Source: Veleropilina oligotropha
Taxonomy: Eukaryota
Length of the DNA: 64,000 nucleotides
NCBI GenBank assembly: GCA_048128005.1
Contig: JBEUKZ010000022.1
Span: forward strand, 62,001-126,000
Direction of reading: 5' to 3'
Shown: positions 13,709-27,469 of the stretch, one piece after another
How the letters are laid out: the number at the start of each line of letters is the position of its first letter
Position numbering within the stretch: position 1 is the first letter of the stretch
The notes under the pieces: generated by a model
Database searches by the model: none
Told to the model about the DNA's origin: nothing
What the model saw: only the letters and a program-made list of their open reading frames with translations
Program-made: the position numbers and the translations under genes

Positions 13709-14232
13709 TAACCAACTAAGCACAGTCGTGCCTTGGGTCTTTTTACATGAAAATAAACATACTAGATATGTAATCGACAGATAGATCTATTTTAGTAGGT
13801 GGGCGGGTTCCGCGAACTCTACCGTGACAATACGAGGCGATTAGCTATGGTATCTGTCTGGGAATTTTGGCTGGAATACAGTTGCGTTTATTAGCGCAAA
13901 TGGCGCGCAGTTGTCCTTTAAATGTCCAGCGTGTCCTAACAATTGAGTAAAAACGGTGTTTTCAAGCCACAGTGAAATTTGGGGTCGTTCAAAATTCATT
14001 TGGAAAAATATTTTTTTTTAGCACAAAGTAGGTCCGACGATGGAGACAGGTTGCTGGCCTCGCCACCGTCGACCCAGGTGACGATAATTTAGTGCTCGGG
14101 TAGGTCACCATGGCATGTGATCGCAGCGGCTTACGAGCTCGGATTGGCGATGCGCGGTCAACCTAGAGAAAGTTGCGATGGAGTTTACTTAGCCGTCGTC
14201 ACGTCCAATTGCACCCCAAAACCATCAAAATA

Positions 14233-14708
14233 CTACGTGTTTACTACTATTCACCATATTTGGCCAAGAGGTTCATATTTGGCCACGAGGTTCATATTAG
14301 GCTACGCGGTTCATATTAGGCTACGCGATTCATATTAGGCTACGTGGTTCATTTAGGCTACGCGGTTTATATTAGGCTACGTGGTTCATATTAGGCCATG
14401 CGGTTCATATTTGGCCACGAGGTCCATATTTGGCCACGAGGTTCATATTAGGCCACAAGGTCCATATTTGGTCACGAGGTCCATATTTGGCCACGAGGTC
14501 CATATTAGGCACAGCATTTGATCGAATATAATAATATGGCTCCTACGTGTTTACTACTATTCACCATATTTGGCCACGAGGTCCATATTAGGCACAGCAT
14601 TTGATCGAATATAATAATATGGCTCCTACGTGTTTACGACTATTCACCATATTTGGCCAAGAGGTTCATATTAAGTACAGCATTTGATCGAATATAATAA
14701 TATGGCTC
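14233..14708 (+). repeat. Minisatellite of 19-20-bp units (TTCATATTAGGCTACGCGG / TCCATATTTGGCCACGAGG) followed by ~80-bp higher-order repeats
   Basis: Direct reading; units abut with no unique spacers. Confidence 0.9.
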
Positions 14709-14735
14709 CCTTCCCATAATTCCCATTCACGTTAA

Positions 14736-15148
14736 TCTTAATATAATGGAGCTATAATTGTATGTGTGTGTGTTTCAAGTTGAACTCCTCCCAGACGCCT
14801 TGACCTAGGACCTTCAAACTTTGGGGGGTTAATCGGGGTCCCCCAAGGAAGGTTTACCACGAAAAAAAATCGGAAAATTCGGGAAAAAAAAAAAATATTA
14901 CTATATCTCTTCATATAATGGAAATTGTATGTGTGTGTGTCTGTCTGTTTCAAGTTGAACTCCTCCCAGACGCTTTGACCTAGGACCTTCAAACTTTGGG
15001 GGGTTAATCGGGGTCCCCCAAGGAAGGTTTACCACGAAAAAAATTCGGAAAATTCGGGAAAAAAAAAAAAAATTTAAGGGAGCACTATCCAAAAAAAAAA
15101 AAATGGGGGTGGGGGGACTTACCCGGCGAAGACGGGTACCATTGCTAG
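14736..15148 (+). mobile_element. Non-autonomous Helitron, copy 1, with internal tandem duplication
   Basis: A|TC 5' end, (GT)n/(GTCT)n tract, subterminal hairpin CCCGGCGAAGACGGG, CTAG|T 3' end. Confidence 0.8.
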
Positions 15149-15876
15149 TAGGGACAAAAATAACACGGACGCCCATAACCCAATGATGCAACACACTCCA
15201 TAATTGACAGATAGCTGGAATTATGAGAAAGCGAACACAAATTTATTCAAAATAACAATTCAAAAACATTTCTACTTTATACGCAATCGCAAAACGGCAC
15301 GCTCCATCCTCATCCAAATCGAGGCAGCTGCCGCTGGGAGCCATTTGCCAATGACATTGGATTTAAACTTCAACTCGGCGTGCGTGCATCGACATTCTCG
15401 ACAAATACCCATGCAACCACCGAAGGTTGGCCCGAAATGCATAGACTCCATTTTGGGTCGACGTACATGATTATATCCATTGAACCGTAAACGCGGTACG
15501 TACCAATAAATTAAATAACCCACTCGTTCAATAATTTGCACCTTAACCTATGTAATCAAGGCTTCCGTTGCTAGTGCATGAAAGGCTTATTAGTTGCGCC
15601 GTTTATGGAGAAACAAGAGCATCTGAGAGGAAGCATAGTTGAGCCACAGGTGCCCACTCTCAATAAACTTAATTTTATCTTTCTAGGTTGACCAAGTCCA
15701 CAGATATGTCTGTTTACGTATTTTACACTTATTTGACTTTGGTGATCTTGATACAATACAATAGTTTCTCCGTAAATGGCTCAACTAACTATTGTATTGA
15801 GGCTGTCTGTGTGGTGGTGTATGTCCACGATGACTTTACATGGCTCAATTATGCTTTCTCTCGGATGCACTTGTTA

Positions 15877-16309
15877 TCTTAATATAATGGAGCTATAATT
15901 GTATGTGTGTGTGTGTGTCTGTCTATCTGTCTGTCTGTCTGTTTCAAGTTGAACTCCTCCCAGACGCTTTGACCTAGGACCTTCAAACTTTGGGGGGTTA
16001 CTCGGGGTCCCCCAAGGAAGGTTTACCACGAAAAAAATTCGGAAAATTCGGGAAAAAAAAAATTACTATATATCTTCATATAATGTGTGTGTCTGTCTAT
16101 CTGTCTGTCTGTCTGTTTCAAGTTGAACTCCTCCCAGACGCTTTGACCTAGGACCTTCAAACTTTGGGGGGTTAATCGGGGTCCCACAAGGAAGGTTTAC
16201 CACGAAAAAAATTCGGAAAATTCGGGAAAAAAAAAAAATTTAAGGGAGCACTATCAAAAAAAAATTGGGGTGGGGGGACTTACCCGGCGAAGACGGGTAC
16301 CATTGCTAG
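15877..16309 (+). mobile_element. Non-autonomous Helitron, copy 2
   Basis: Near-identical to 14736-15148 with the same TC...CTAG ends. Confidence 0.8.
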
Positions 16310-17375
16310 TTATTGTAAAGATTATTGTTATTAAGGAATCCCGTGCGAGATCACGGAAGCTAGTCTCCACGCATGCGCCGACTTCGCCATGCAACATCGA
16401 TCTCTGCCACTGCTGGTAGCACTACTTTAATTTCAAACGAAAATCTGTGTGATTTCCATGACATCAATTGACCCAGTTGTGATTTTGTATATGTGTTCAT
16501 ATGACAACACTGCTATTGGTTATGTCGCCATTGGTGTCGGTTAGCATATACAAAGTGCATTATATTATGTACTGCTGTCCGTTCCAACGAGTGACTCTCT
16601 CCTTCCACACATATTTATATAGTCGATACTTAATATTTACATACGATTAAATTAAATATTACATTTTAATAAGCGGTGGATCACCGCAAAACATTGAAAC
16701 GATCTTACTTCATGCGTGACCGCATCAATCTTGTTTCTGAATGACATTTTACCTGCAAAACTATTGGCTTTGGGGCATCGCTTCAAATTTTACAAATAAG
16801 CTGGGTGTTTTTGGTGCATTTTATGGTAATCACTACATGTAATTGCAAATCATTAAAGAGACTATTGCCCGTAAATGCGCTCTTTCTATTTAAAGAAGAA
16901 AACTAACCGCATTACACTTTTTGTTTATAACATAAAAAGTTAGGTAGTTTCAACACTCAACTTTCGTCAGTAATTTGAATATTTAAAAATAATAAATGCG
17001 GTCCACGTTTAATGACCTAGCACCGAGTGCATTTTCAATTGATATAGTTGGGGCGCAGTTGTGTAGGTTTCTGCTCGTCAAGCAAGATAGATTTCTATTT
17101 GACAATAATATATATTGCCCAGTTACAAGAATATCAATAAAGTCCCTCAATTGATCATATATTTGCGCAATTTGTATCAATCTGCACGAGTTGTGTGATA
17201 GCAGGTGATCAGCCATACTACACAGTCACGAAAAGAGCGCATAGTCTCTTTAAATTAAAAAGCCTCATGGCGGGGGCAGCGGTTGCAGAGATAGTATGGA
17301 CGGACACGACAGGGGAAGGGAAATAACTCTGCTGGAGATTACACGGAAGCCTTATTGTTATTGTACATATTATTA

Positions 17376-18628
17376 TTAAGGCTTTCGTTGCTAGAGCACC
17401 TAACACTATGCAAAATGATGGTAAATGTGACTCTGAACTTCAATGAATATGATAACCAAAATAATGATTGAATATAATTGGTAAAAATGGCATATGATCA
17501 TTTGGGACATACTGAGATGGCTGCATATGGAGATCTTGACCTAGATAACCAAAAATTACATATTTAACAAATAACAAATAACCGATGGACATTAGGACAT
17601 ATTAAGTAGGCATTTTAGGGTGATTTTGACCTTGGATGACATAGATTGCCAAATATGCCATAATTGCTAAAAAAATGCGTAATAATGATATAGCAACATA
17701 TGTGAAACCATGAAAGTTTTATAATGAGACCTTGACCTTTGACCTCGGATGACCTAGGTACCCAAAAATGACATTATACAAAATTGGCAACAAATAGCCT
17801 ATGGACATTTAGGACTTATGAAATAACCTTTTTAAGGTGATCTTGACCTTTGACCTTGGATAACCTAGACATCCGAAAATGACATAATTACTCAAAAATG
17901 CGTAATAACGATGTAGCAACATGATTATGTCAAGCAATGGAAGTTTTATATTGTGACCTTGACCTCTGACCTCGGATGACCTAGATACCCAAAAATGTCA
18001 TAATTAACCAAAATTGGTAAAAAATAGCCATTGAACATTTAGGACACATTAAGTGGGCTATCTAAGTTGACCTTGACCTTCGACCTTGGATGACCTAGAT
18101 GGCTGAAAATGACCTAATTACTGGAAAAATGCTTAATAACGATGTAGCATCAAATGCGAAACCATGGAAGTTTTGTAATGAGACATTGACCTTTGACCTC
18201 GGATGACCTAGATAACCAAAATGACATATTAACGAAATTGGCAATCATAACTTATTGACATTTAGGACATATGAAGTAGGCTTTCTTAAGTGACCATGAC
18301 CTTTGACCTTGGATGACCTAGTTAACGAAAAATTACATAATTAACGAAAGTTGGTAAAAAATAGCCTATGGACATGTATGACACATTAAGTGGGCTTTCT
18401 AATGTGACCTTGGTTGACCTAGAAACCAAATATGACATAATTATTTGAAGTAACCAAATATGACATAATTACTTAAAGTAACAAATATGAAACCATGGAA
18501 GTTTTGTATTGAGACCTTGATATTTGACCTCGGATGACCTAGATGACCAAAAATGAGATAATTAACGAAAATTGGTAAAAATAGACTGGATATTTAGGAC
18601 ATTAAGTGGGCTTTCTAAAGAGACCTTG
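17376..18628 (+). repeat. TGACCTTGACCTTTGACC satellite-like array (~230-bp period); left part of a probable Helentron/HINE-type element split by viral element A
   Basis: Recurrent TGACCTT(T)GACC and AAAATGC(G/T)TAATAA at about 17672, 17895 and 18127; array resumes at 49559. Confidence 0.75.
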
Positions 18629-19087
18629 GGGGGGGGGACTAGGGCATTTTGAACTCGATTATTTGGGCCAGGAAGGTTTCCAGCAGGGGGGTGAATGATT
18701 AGCTCTATTTGGGCCAGGAGTGGAACCAGGAAGGCTCCCAGCACCTTTTCAGAAATGACTAGCTCTATGCGGGCCAGGAGTGGCCCAGGAACCCTCCCAG
18801 CACCTTTTCAGAAATGCACTTGCTCTATGCGGGCCAGATGTGGCCCAGGAAGGCTCCCAGCACCTTTTCAGAATGCACTAGCTCTATGCGGGCCAGGAGT
18901 CGCCCAGGAACCCTCCCAGCACTTTTTCAGAAAGGACTAGCTCTATGCGGGCCAGGAGTGGCCCAGGAACCCTCCCAGCACCTTATCAGAATACACTAGC
19001 TCTATTTGGGACAGGAAGGCTCCCAGCACGTTTTCAGAATGCACTAGCTCTATGCGGGCCAGGAAGGCTCCCATCACCTTTTCAGAA
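18629..19087 (+). repeat. Left TIR and subterminal array of copy A (59-60-bp units)
   Basis: Unit GGGCCAGGAGTGGCCCAGGAA(GG/CC)CTCCCAGCACCTTTTCAGAAATG(C)ACTAGCTCTATGC, about 7 copies. Confidence 0.92.
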
Positions 19088-19250
19088 TATATACATACTT
19101 ACCTCTCCCATATAACTGATTGATAACACATCGACGACTAATTTGACCTAGTTTTATACCTGTTACTATCAATTTCTATGCGATAACAAGTGTCATAATC
19201 TATATTAGAGACTTATATATGTATGTCATAGACGTGATTACGCTATAACC

Positions 19251-19574
19251 ATGCGGGGGACGAATATATGCCCTTGGTTGAAAGTTAATACCGTTGGGGT
19301 TTGTGGTCGTAGCTGCGTCAACAAATTTTGCAAGACCCATAGATGGCAAATTCGGATGGGTAGAATATCACCCCCGCCATGTAAGAGATGTAGTGTCGGC
19401 ACGAAATCGGTCGTTCTGTTGTGTAGACCATGTGGAGGTCATCGTGCCGCCCAGGCACTCATAAATACTGAAAAAAGAGCCGTCTCTACGGCAAAGTATT
19501 GTGCGAGTTGCAGTCGCATGCGACTTAAACAATTTCCAATTAGAGACGGGTGTCATAGTGTCATATCAAAATGA
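19251..19574 (+). pseudogene. Small Cys/His zinc-finger protein, copy A; 3' frameshift relative to copy C
   Basis: CPW..CGRSC..FCKTH..CKRC..CRPC, homologous to 32902-33177. Confidence 0.7.
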
Positions 19575-22500
19575 TACATGTCTCCCTCAGAGAACTACGT
19601 AATTTAGCGAAAGATTACGGGCTTCCCAGTAGGTCGAAGCTCAACAAAAACGACCTCATCTGGGCAATAGCCGAGGTCCGTGCTGCCGAGTTTCGGAGGA
19701 GAATCGAGCGGGCGATGAAAACGGGAAGATTCCCATCCATTCGTGGAGATGTGGAGAACCCCCACAAAAGAGGCAGTCGTGCTCGCGAATTGCAACAGCT
19801 CCAGGACGAGATCGATGTGGCCCTCAAGGTCAGTAAATACACAACCCAAGCTGAGAAAAAGCCCTGGTTACGACAGAAGCCACTTCGTAACATCACGGAT
19901 CGAATCGTCAAGCCACACCTGCATGGTCTGACTAGGTCTCTAAAAGAGACCCTTGCCCAGGCAATTGCTCGGAATGGGCCCGATATTCTGAGAGACCACT
20001 TAACCTCGGATGAATATTATTCCCTTCTCGTTGACGATGTCGCGGTCCTGTTCCCTGATGGAGCTTATATTAAAAAAGGTGCCGATGTCATTCGCAAAGA
20101 AATTACCGATGCTATTGACGGTCGTAGATTCGACTTCCAGGCTGTTGTAAGGGGGCCTGACATAACAGACGAAGGCGCACAGTATTGGGTATCATGCGAA
20201 AAGAGGGATCTTCGGGTGATGCTGGGCATGGCCTCGGAGATGTTGGAACTTCTAGACCCCGACACATGATACAAGTTGTTCACGGTAGTGGGGAAATCGG
20301 CCAAGGAGCCTCTTGACAGAGGAAGTGGGTATCTCTGAGCAGCACATTAAGGGGAAGGGGTGGTTTGCGGAGACCAGGTCAGCGCCGTGGCTCATGGTAT
20401 CGATCAACATACGTCGGAGAAGGGGAGATAATATCTCGTCTATGTTAAGTATGAGCTGCGACCGCTTCTGGAGCAGCAAGGAGAACCGGGGCCAATGCTA
20501 GCCAATCAAGAAGACGGAGAGTTTGTAAACTGCTTCGTTCGCTGTGTGGTGGACCACTTCCAGAACAAAATGACGAAAGCCGGAGATGGGTTAACAAGGA
20601 GCCGCAGACTAATTCTTAAGCAGTTCGACCGAAAGCTTGCAGAAATGGGCTGCGCACGTGAGGATATGTTCTCCATTGAAGCGGCTCTCAAAGTCAAGCT
20701 TGTTTCCGTCGACGCATTGGGCAACACTCTATGGGACAGCAGTAAATACAAGGGCCGGCCCAAGATTCTGGTGCCGTGCCATAACAACCACGCATGGGCA
20801 AACATCCCGACTGATCCGCCCAAGATCTTACAGGTTTACAGTCTCGACGACATCGCAGAACAGGCCTTGTCTGCGGTTCTGGGAAAGATGGCCCAGAAGA
20901 CCACTGCGGCCCTGAAGGCCATGGACCAAAATACAAGAGAGGTTCTGATCTCATTTGCCACCAGGGCCATCCCATCGACGGTCCGGGTCTGGGTCTGTGG
21001 ACAGGCTCTCGTGGGTAGCGATGTTTCCCTGTGGAGGTCGAGGGCCGGGGTAGTAGCTATTGACCGCGATTTCGAGGACGAGACGAATTGGCATCCTTCT
21101 GATATTCCCGAAGAACTTGAGAAGCTTGAAGAGGAATACCACAGAGTGACCCACTCCATGGGTGGCGCCGGAAAAACACCGGGACACCTGGAGAGCGGCT
21201 AAGGTTGAGGCCAAGGTTTGGAATTGTAATGACTCAGCCGCAGGCACAAGTGTTCATTATCATCTCGACATGCGCGCAGCATACCTTGGCTGCGAAGACT
21301 CCCTTTGTGGGGTGCGGGGGGGGGGGGTTGGAGATGCCATAGATCTAGTGCGCGAGTATGGGTTCACGACGAGTATGATGCATCGAGCGAACGTCGAGGA
21401 TGTGTCCTTAAGCGACGTCCTCACCCTGACAGGAGCGGTGCACCTCACTACGTGGCAATTCAGCCCACAGACGTACCCCTATACCGTAGGTCGTGTAGGC
21501 GAGCACCTACGGGAGAAGCAGAGCTGGATCACTATCCCCGAGCTTGCAGACTTGATTAGCTCTGGTGATCTGGTGGAGATCACAGCGCGCGAGGTGGTAT
21601 ACAGCGTAGGCATAAAGGCCGCTATTAAGTTCCCATTAAGAGACCTGGCTGTGCGCTTCATTGGCAAATGTGCTCGCCATGGTGATGAGTCGAGCATCCT
21701 AGTCCGTGATCCAAACGAGGCCGCCTACTTGGCCAATGTTCTCGGCAGCACTGACCGTCTCTTGAACTTCGAGAAGGCTGGCAATGTCCATCTCATTCAG
21801 TACAAGGACGGCAAGACCAGGACGCAGTGGTTTCATATACCCGCCTTCGTACTCGCATATATGAACATTGCCCTCCGCCGCATGCTACGCAGATTCCCAC
21901 AAGCAGATGTCCTTCGTGTCTGCACCGATGCCATATACGTCAAGAGCCTGCCCGAATCGGTCGAACATATGCTGGTCCAAGACCAGCATAGGTATGGGCA
22001 ATGGCGACATAAATCCCCGGGATACGAGTGGTGCCCAGAGGCTGCTGCTTGGACGATAGAGCATGCTGGTCGTCTCGACTTGCCCGCGGGGAAGGCCCCT
22101 CCGTTCCCTTCCGATATAAGCGCGGCCACCTCGCGACGTATATACCTCGCATGTCAAGGCGGGAGTGGAAAAACCGAGTGGGCTGTTCAGACATTTCGTG
22201 GTCGGAAGCTGGTGGTGCTCACCCCCGAGAACGACCTCGCCGAAGAACACCGCAACAACCCGAGACTTGGTCTAGAGAATGCACAAGTCCAGACGATCCA
22301 CCACTACTTATGTCTACCCATCGGCAAGCCGATCGATGATTGGGACCCGGCTGCCCTGGGACACCGACTCAATAACCTAGCCGAGGTTATCGTCATTGAC
22401 GAGTGTTGCAAGGTCCCCACGAAGATCCTGATGACCGTCCTTGATTATCTCGCCCGCCGGATGTGTCAAATCATATGCGTCGGGGATATGGGGCAGATCC

Positions 22501-23561
22501 CGCCATGGGGCGATAAAGAAGGCCCTCACCACATGTTAGCAGACTGGGCCGGCCCCAACCTGCAGTGGTTTGACACCGACTATAGGTGCCTGTGCGAGGC
22601 GTGTGGCGAGCCGCGGTCCTGCTGTGGCTGTCAAAATGGGCCAACGTCGGCTTTGCACGGCGTAAAGGTGCAGATGTGGTTCGCTAATGACCAGCAACAG
22701 CTCAACGTCTTCAGAGATAAGTTGGTCGCAACACCGTTCGTAGAAGTGGTAGATCGCACCAAGCCCGATGACATCTGGATCTGCTCCACGAACAATCTAG
22801 GCACGCATGTCCCGACCCAGCTGCTCCGGCAGCACAGAACGACACCCCCCTTGCTTCCTGCTAATATTCGATTCGACCCAGACGATAGCATCTCGCACCG
22901 GTACCGCAAGCAGGGTCGGCCTATAGAGATACCGGGTAGTCTAGAAATGGTGCCGGCCTATCGAGGGACCATCGTCAAAGTCCCCCTTGAACTAGTCGAC
23001 AACGGGCTACCGCCTGAGTGGAAATATGCGAGGTGGGGGATGGTGCATAGGGTGCAAGGGAAGACCATTCAACCGCCCAGACACCTATACATCGTCGACC
23101 ACGGTTTAAGTGGCTGGGTGAGCAACGCCGTATACACAGCAGTGAGCCGGGCCCAGTTGATGGATCAGATTGTAAGGGTTCTGCCACCTGACGACGCTCA
23201 GGCTGATATAACTCCCACCGATCAGCAGGCCACACCTTCGCAAGAGCTCATCGCCGCAAGGCTCAAGCGATACATGTTTGAGGATCGCCATAAGAAACGG
23301 CCCCGCTATGAGGGAGCATACCATCAACTCACCGTCAACCACGTGCTCGACATGATTGATGCTGCAGAAAAGAGGTGCGTGGTCTGTCATAGTGCTCTCC
23401 TTATTCAGGGCTACATGAAATGCCATGGGCAGGCATTCAGTATCGACCGCCTGGATGACAGCCAGGGTCACTATAAGTGGAATGTCCGGTTGACATGCCT
23501 GTCCTGTAATCGTCGACACAAGCACGTGGACTTTCCAGACGATGGATCACAGTACTGGTGA
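19571..23561 (+). pseudogene. OTU-like/PolB-like/SF1 helicase/HNH fusion, copy A, split by a stop and frameshifts
   Basis: FVNCFVRC, CHNNHAW, HLDMRAAY, RVCTDAIY, GGSGKT, VIDE, GDMGQIPP, VHRVQGKT, YTAVSR, CVVC..SIDRLDD..GH..NVRLTCLSCN; TGA at 20267 where copy C has CGA. Confidence 0.88.
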
Positions 23562-23565
23562 GGCT

Positions 23566-24492
23566 CTAGGCAGGTCTCAGCTGCGACCTTGTGAACCCAT
23601 GCTTTGGGAATGCCGTGTAGTAGAGCGCAGGTTGATGGGGTTCTGATACGCGACGGCGAATCAGTTAGGGCTTATGTGTCCACCATGGATCCGTTGCGCG
23701 ATGGTGCCCGGTATCTTTCGAGTCTTCTTCATTTGTGGTGATATAAACCATCATGCCAATCGGTAACAACGTTTCATGTGGGGATGTTTTGGATGCCACT
23801 AGCGGAGCCTGCGACATTTTTGCTGCCTCCACTGGAGGAAGACTAGTTAGTCGTGTTGGCGTCGCATTCATATCTGCTACTACAGCTGAAAGAACGGACA
23901 CCCACTGGAGATTGTCCTGGCCGCTGTTCAGCTCTTCATGCGCTTGCTTCCTGAGAGTCGTTCAGCCAGCCGGCAGTTGAATGACTCAACAAATGCCTGC
24001 GATCGGTGATGACCCAGCTCTGCGCGTCGTGCTTCCCTAGAAGAGTGGATGCTTCCCCCTTGAAATCGTGCCCGTCATCAACCATTAGCGTTTTTGGCCA
24101 GGTTAAGGGGCTGGTCTTGTAGATATCAGCAAACGCCTTAGCTACTTCGCTGGCCGATTTCGATGTTGGTGGTCTAGCAGCCTTGTAGTGAGAGGCCCCG
24201 TCGACCGAGGTCAGCGCATACTTGTACGTTTTAAGGTCGACCTTGTCATGTGGGAGGTAGAGAAGATCGGTCTGGTGGATCACACTGGGCCTGTCCTCTG
24301 TGAAACGGGCAAATACTTATCTAGGGGGTTTCGTCTGCATGTACCGACCAACCTCCTGTGTCGAGATCCACTCCCTGATTATTTTTATTGAGGCTGCGCC
24401 TTTTGGAAGCCTTGAGTGCAGAGCTGAGACGCCCTGGATCCCCCATCTGTGTAGTAGTGCTTGCGGAAGGTTTCGTCGAGTTGTTAAGCCAT
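23566..24492 (-). pseudogene. rve integrase, copy A, frameshifted
   Basis: HQTDLLYLPHD..YKYALTSVD, LMVDDGHDF, RATDPWW; homologous to 36905-37903. Confidence 0.88.
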
Positions 24493-26772
24493 CAGGGGCT
24501 TTTGTTTCTTCTTTGCCATCGAGACTTGCGAGGTATTCGTGCAACTTGATCAGTCTCCAACAGGCTTCAGCAACTGGCTCCGGATGCTGCCCAGTTGCCG
24601 CCCGGAGATTTGTAGGCCCCGATAGCACCATTGTCGCGAAACGCATGGCAGCCTTTTCGTTTTGCCACGTGAGGTCGAGTGACTTCTGTGTGATATCGGC
24701 CATTGTTGTACCAAGGGGACTGGGGATTTTGGGCCTTTGGGCGGCATAGCCCACCTCTAGCATAGCACAGTACAGCTCTTCTGGGAGCCCCATTATATAT
24801 GTATATTATATATGTATACATACGAAAAATGGAAATAATAGCACTTAGGCTAACTTGTAAGCTAACAGCCCTGTGGCAGCCATCCCCAGGATGACGAAGG
24901 TGAGCTCTCCCTTTTTTTGGTTATCGCTCGGCACATAGTAATCAGACAGCTCGGGCTCGGTGTCCCCTGGGTCAAGGGTCATGCCGGTGATCGATGCATA
25001 TTCATGGATCGCGGCGTCAACATCCTGGAATGTGCGAACGGCATGACCCTGGCGGCGAAGTTCAGCATTAAGCCAATAGAGATGCTCTGCCCTCTTTCGA
25101 GACCATTTAGTCTGAGCGACCTGGAGTTGCTCTATGGCCTTGTCATGGCATTTACGCTCCTCAGCAACACCTTTGCCGCGTAACTTCGAGAACAGGAAGT
25201 TTGACCCACTGAAGGCAAGGGCGTTGACAAGAGCGCCCCCAACCAGCATCGCTATGGAAGCCATTGTAATGCTATGTATAATGCAATTATACGGCACTAC
25301 TTCAATACGTCGGCTGGAATGATGCCTTGCTTGATCAGCATATCTTTGGTCGCCATGGCCATCGCCACATCGAGGATCAACATCCCAACATCATAACCAG
25401 TAACTTCCAGTTTGGGGCTTTGTCCCTTGAAGACCATCTTTGTCAGGCGTGAGTAGCCAATGGCGAGGCCGGACACTATAGCCGAATGATAGACGGCATT
25501 GCCGACCATCTTTCCATCAGTAATTGGGGTAGTCATGTCGCTACTCTACTCTAACTATGGCATATGAAAGGGGTCAGGCTTAATGTTCAATTGGCATGTG
25601 TGTTCTTTGTACAACGTGACCGGCGGCCGAGGTTGTTTAGCATCATTGCTGCGTTTCCATTTATATACATAATATAACACAAACCCGCCTGCAGCGAAGA
25701 GCCCATAAGTCCAATTAAATGCGTCCGATTTCCGTGTCTCTGGCACAGGCGGTCTTTCTGCAGCGCTTGCGCGCATGTCCACTGTGGGGTTATTACCACC
25801 ATGTGGCTGTGACTCTGGCACTTCCGAAGGAACAGCAACTGTACTGACATTCTGCCGGGCACTCGTGTCTTCTTTAAATTGTCTAACCTCGGCTAGTAGC
25901 CTCTCTTGTTTGGTTTTCCGAGCAGCAGCCCCGGCCCACCCTGCAGCAACTTTTTTAGAGTCCTTTTTACTCACTGATGAGTCTATCGAGGCTGTCACTC
26001 TCTCTATCGGTATGCGATCGTATACATGTTGGCTCACTGTCATTTGTTCCACTTGCTGTGTTGTCATTGTTCTCCCAACTATCTCTTTCTATCTTAGTGG
26101 GGCAAACGTGTCCAAATCGACAGTGTTTAGCTGTGGTCAACGCTGCGGTAAGCAGTGCTAGATACATGCCATATTTGTGATACAACTCACAGGTTGCAGA
26201 GCACAGCGCGTGCGAGATGAAAGGGTCTGCCTCCAGCTCGGCGATCAGTCGTAGTTGGTTTTCTGGTGGAATGGGCAAGAACATCCCAGCCGCCCCGCAT
26301 AAAGGTGTATAGCTGCAGTCCCCAGGGTTTTCGTCATTTCGGCACCGAGCTTCGCTTCGTACCGAGCGTGATGTTTATCAATCTCTTCATCGGTCATAGC
26401 ATCGATCCGGTCAACCGTGAGGTTGCACCCCAAGTATTTGTAGGCCTGTCCTCCAACGGCTAATGCTGCAAGCCTCTCCCGCTTTTTTGACGTTCCTTCG
26501 GAACAGGCGAAGCCACTGTTACTGACAGGTTCCTGGTGCTGCAAGCAGCCATCGGTCGTCCAGCAGTTTCATCAGACCGGTGTGGTCGTTTCCTGTTCTT
26601 CACCCAAGAGTAGTTGATCGATAATGCTGTCCATCCTTAACCGTTTCCAACATCTGCTCGCCTGTCTAATATAACCATAGAGCCAATACCCCGATGTTAC
26701 ATGTAACAGCAACATAAGGCTCTGGATGCAAGCAACGGTATAGCATGTTATATAGCATACTGCTTCCGACAT
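24485..26772 (-). pseudogene. Block of five small genes of copy A (homologs of copy B 37896-40057), partly frameshifted
   Basis: MGLPEELYCAML, MASIAMLVGGALVNALAFSG, MTTPITDGKM, KKVAAGWAGAAARK, KRERLAALAVGG all match copy B proteins. Confidence 0.85.
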
Positions 26773-26837
26773 GCTATTTTGTCGGAGATAAATGCTATAG
26801 CTAGCTATGCATATGCTAGGTATATGCTATGTAGATG

Positions 26838-27469
26838 CTATAGCACACTATAAGCAACTGGTTGATCAGTTTTTAACAGAAGCTTAGCGCGTTTGGTCTC
26901 GGCCAACAGCTGGCGCACCGCACTTCGTTCATCTCGCGACGTGATTACATCGTTCTCGCGAAGGCAGTCTTCAAAACTGTCGCGGTCCTTACAGTGAAAC
27001 AGCGCGGCCCAGCGAGTCTGCTCTCTGAGTTCCTTTAAGACCGAGTTGTATTTTTGCGTCAACACCCATACACTTTGTTCGGAATGTCTCCTGCTAAAGG
27101 CCAACTCAGTCAACATATCCTTTTTCTTGGTTAGAGCCTTACTGGCGGCGCAGTCATCGATGATGTACAGGGTTGATTCCCCCTGGAACAGCCTGTAGAA
27201 CCCCGCAACCAATCGTGAAGTCGCTCACTGGGGGGGATTATGTACACCTCCGGGTCGGTCCAGATCCACGGACAGGACTGGTATGCTTGGTTGTACTTGA
27301 TCGTGGGGCATATAATTACAATGTGTTGGAACATACCCCGATAGAATGCTTTCAGCAGTTCAAGCATGAAAACCGTCTTCCCACAACCAGTCTGACCACA
27401 TATGATTGCCGAGTGGGGATCTTTGGGGTACGGGAACCGTTCAGTACAATGCTGAGACAAAGCGGCCAT
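26838..27469 (-). pseudogene. Packaging ATPase, copy A, frameshifted
   Basis: GQTGCGKT and YIIDD lie in different frames. Confidence 0.88.

Noticed and set aside
18664..19087. CRISPR-like array in the 60-bp repeats (also 49067-49520 and 14233-14708)
   Set aside because: Units abut with no unique spacers, there are no cas genes, and the context is eukaryotic; these are TIR arrays and a minisatellite.
24317..24793. Apparent fusion of the small MGLPEEL protein to the integrase N-terminus in copy A
   Set aside because: B and C stop at ...DG* with an overlapping integrase ATG; A has indels at this point, so the fusion reflects decay.
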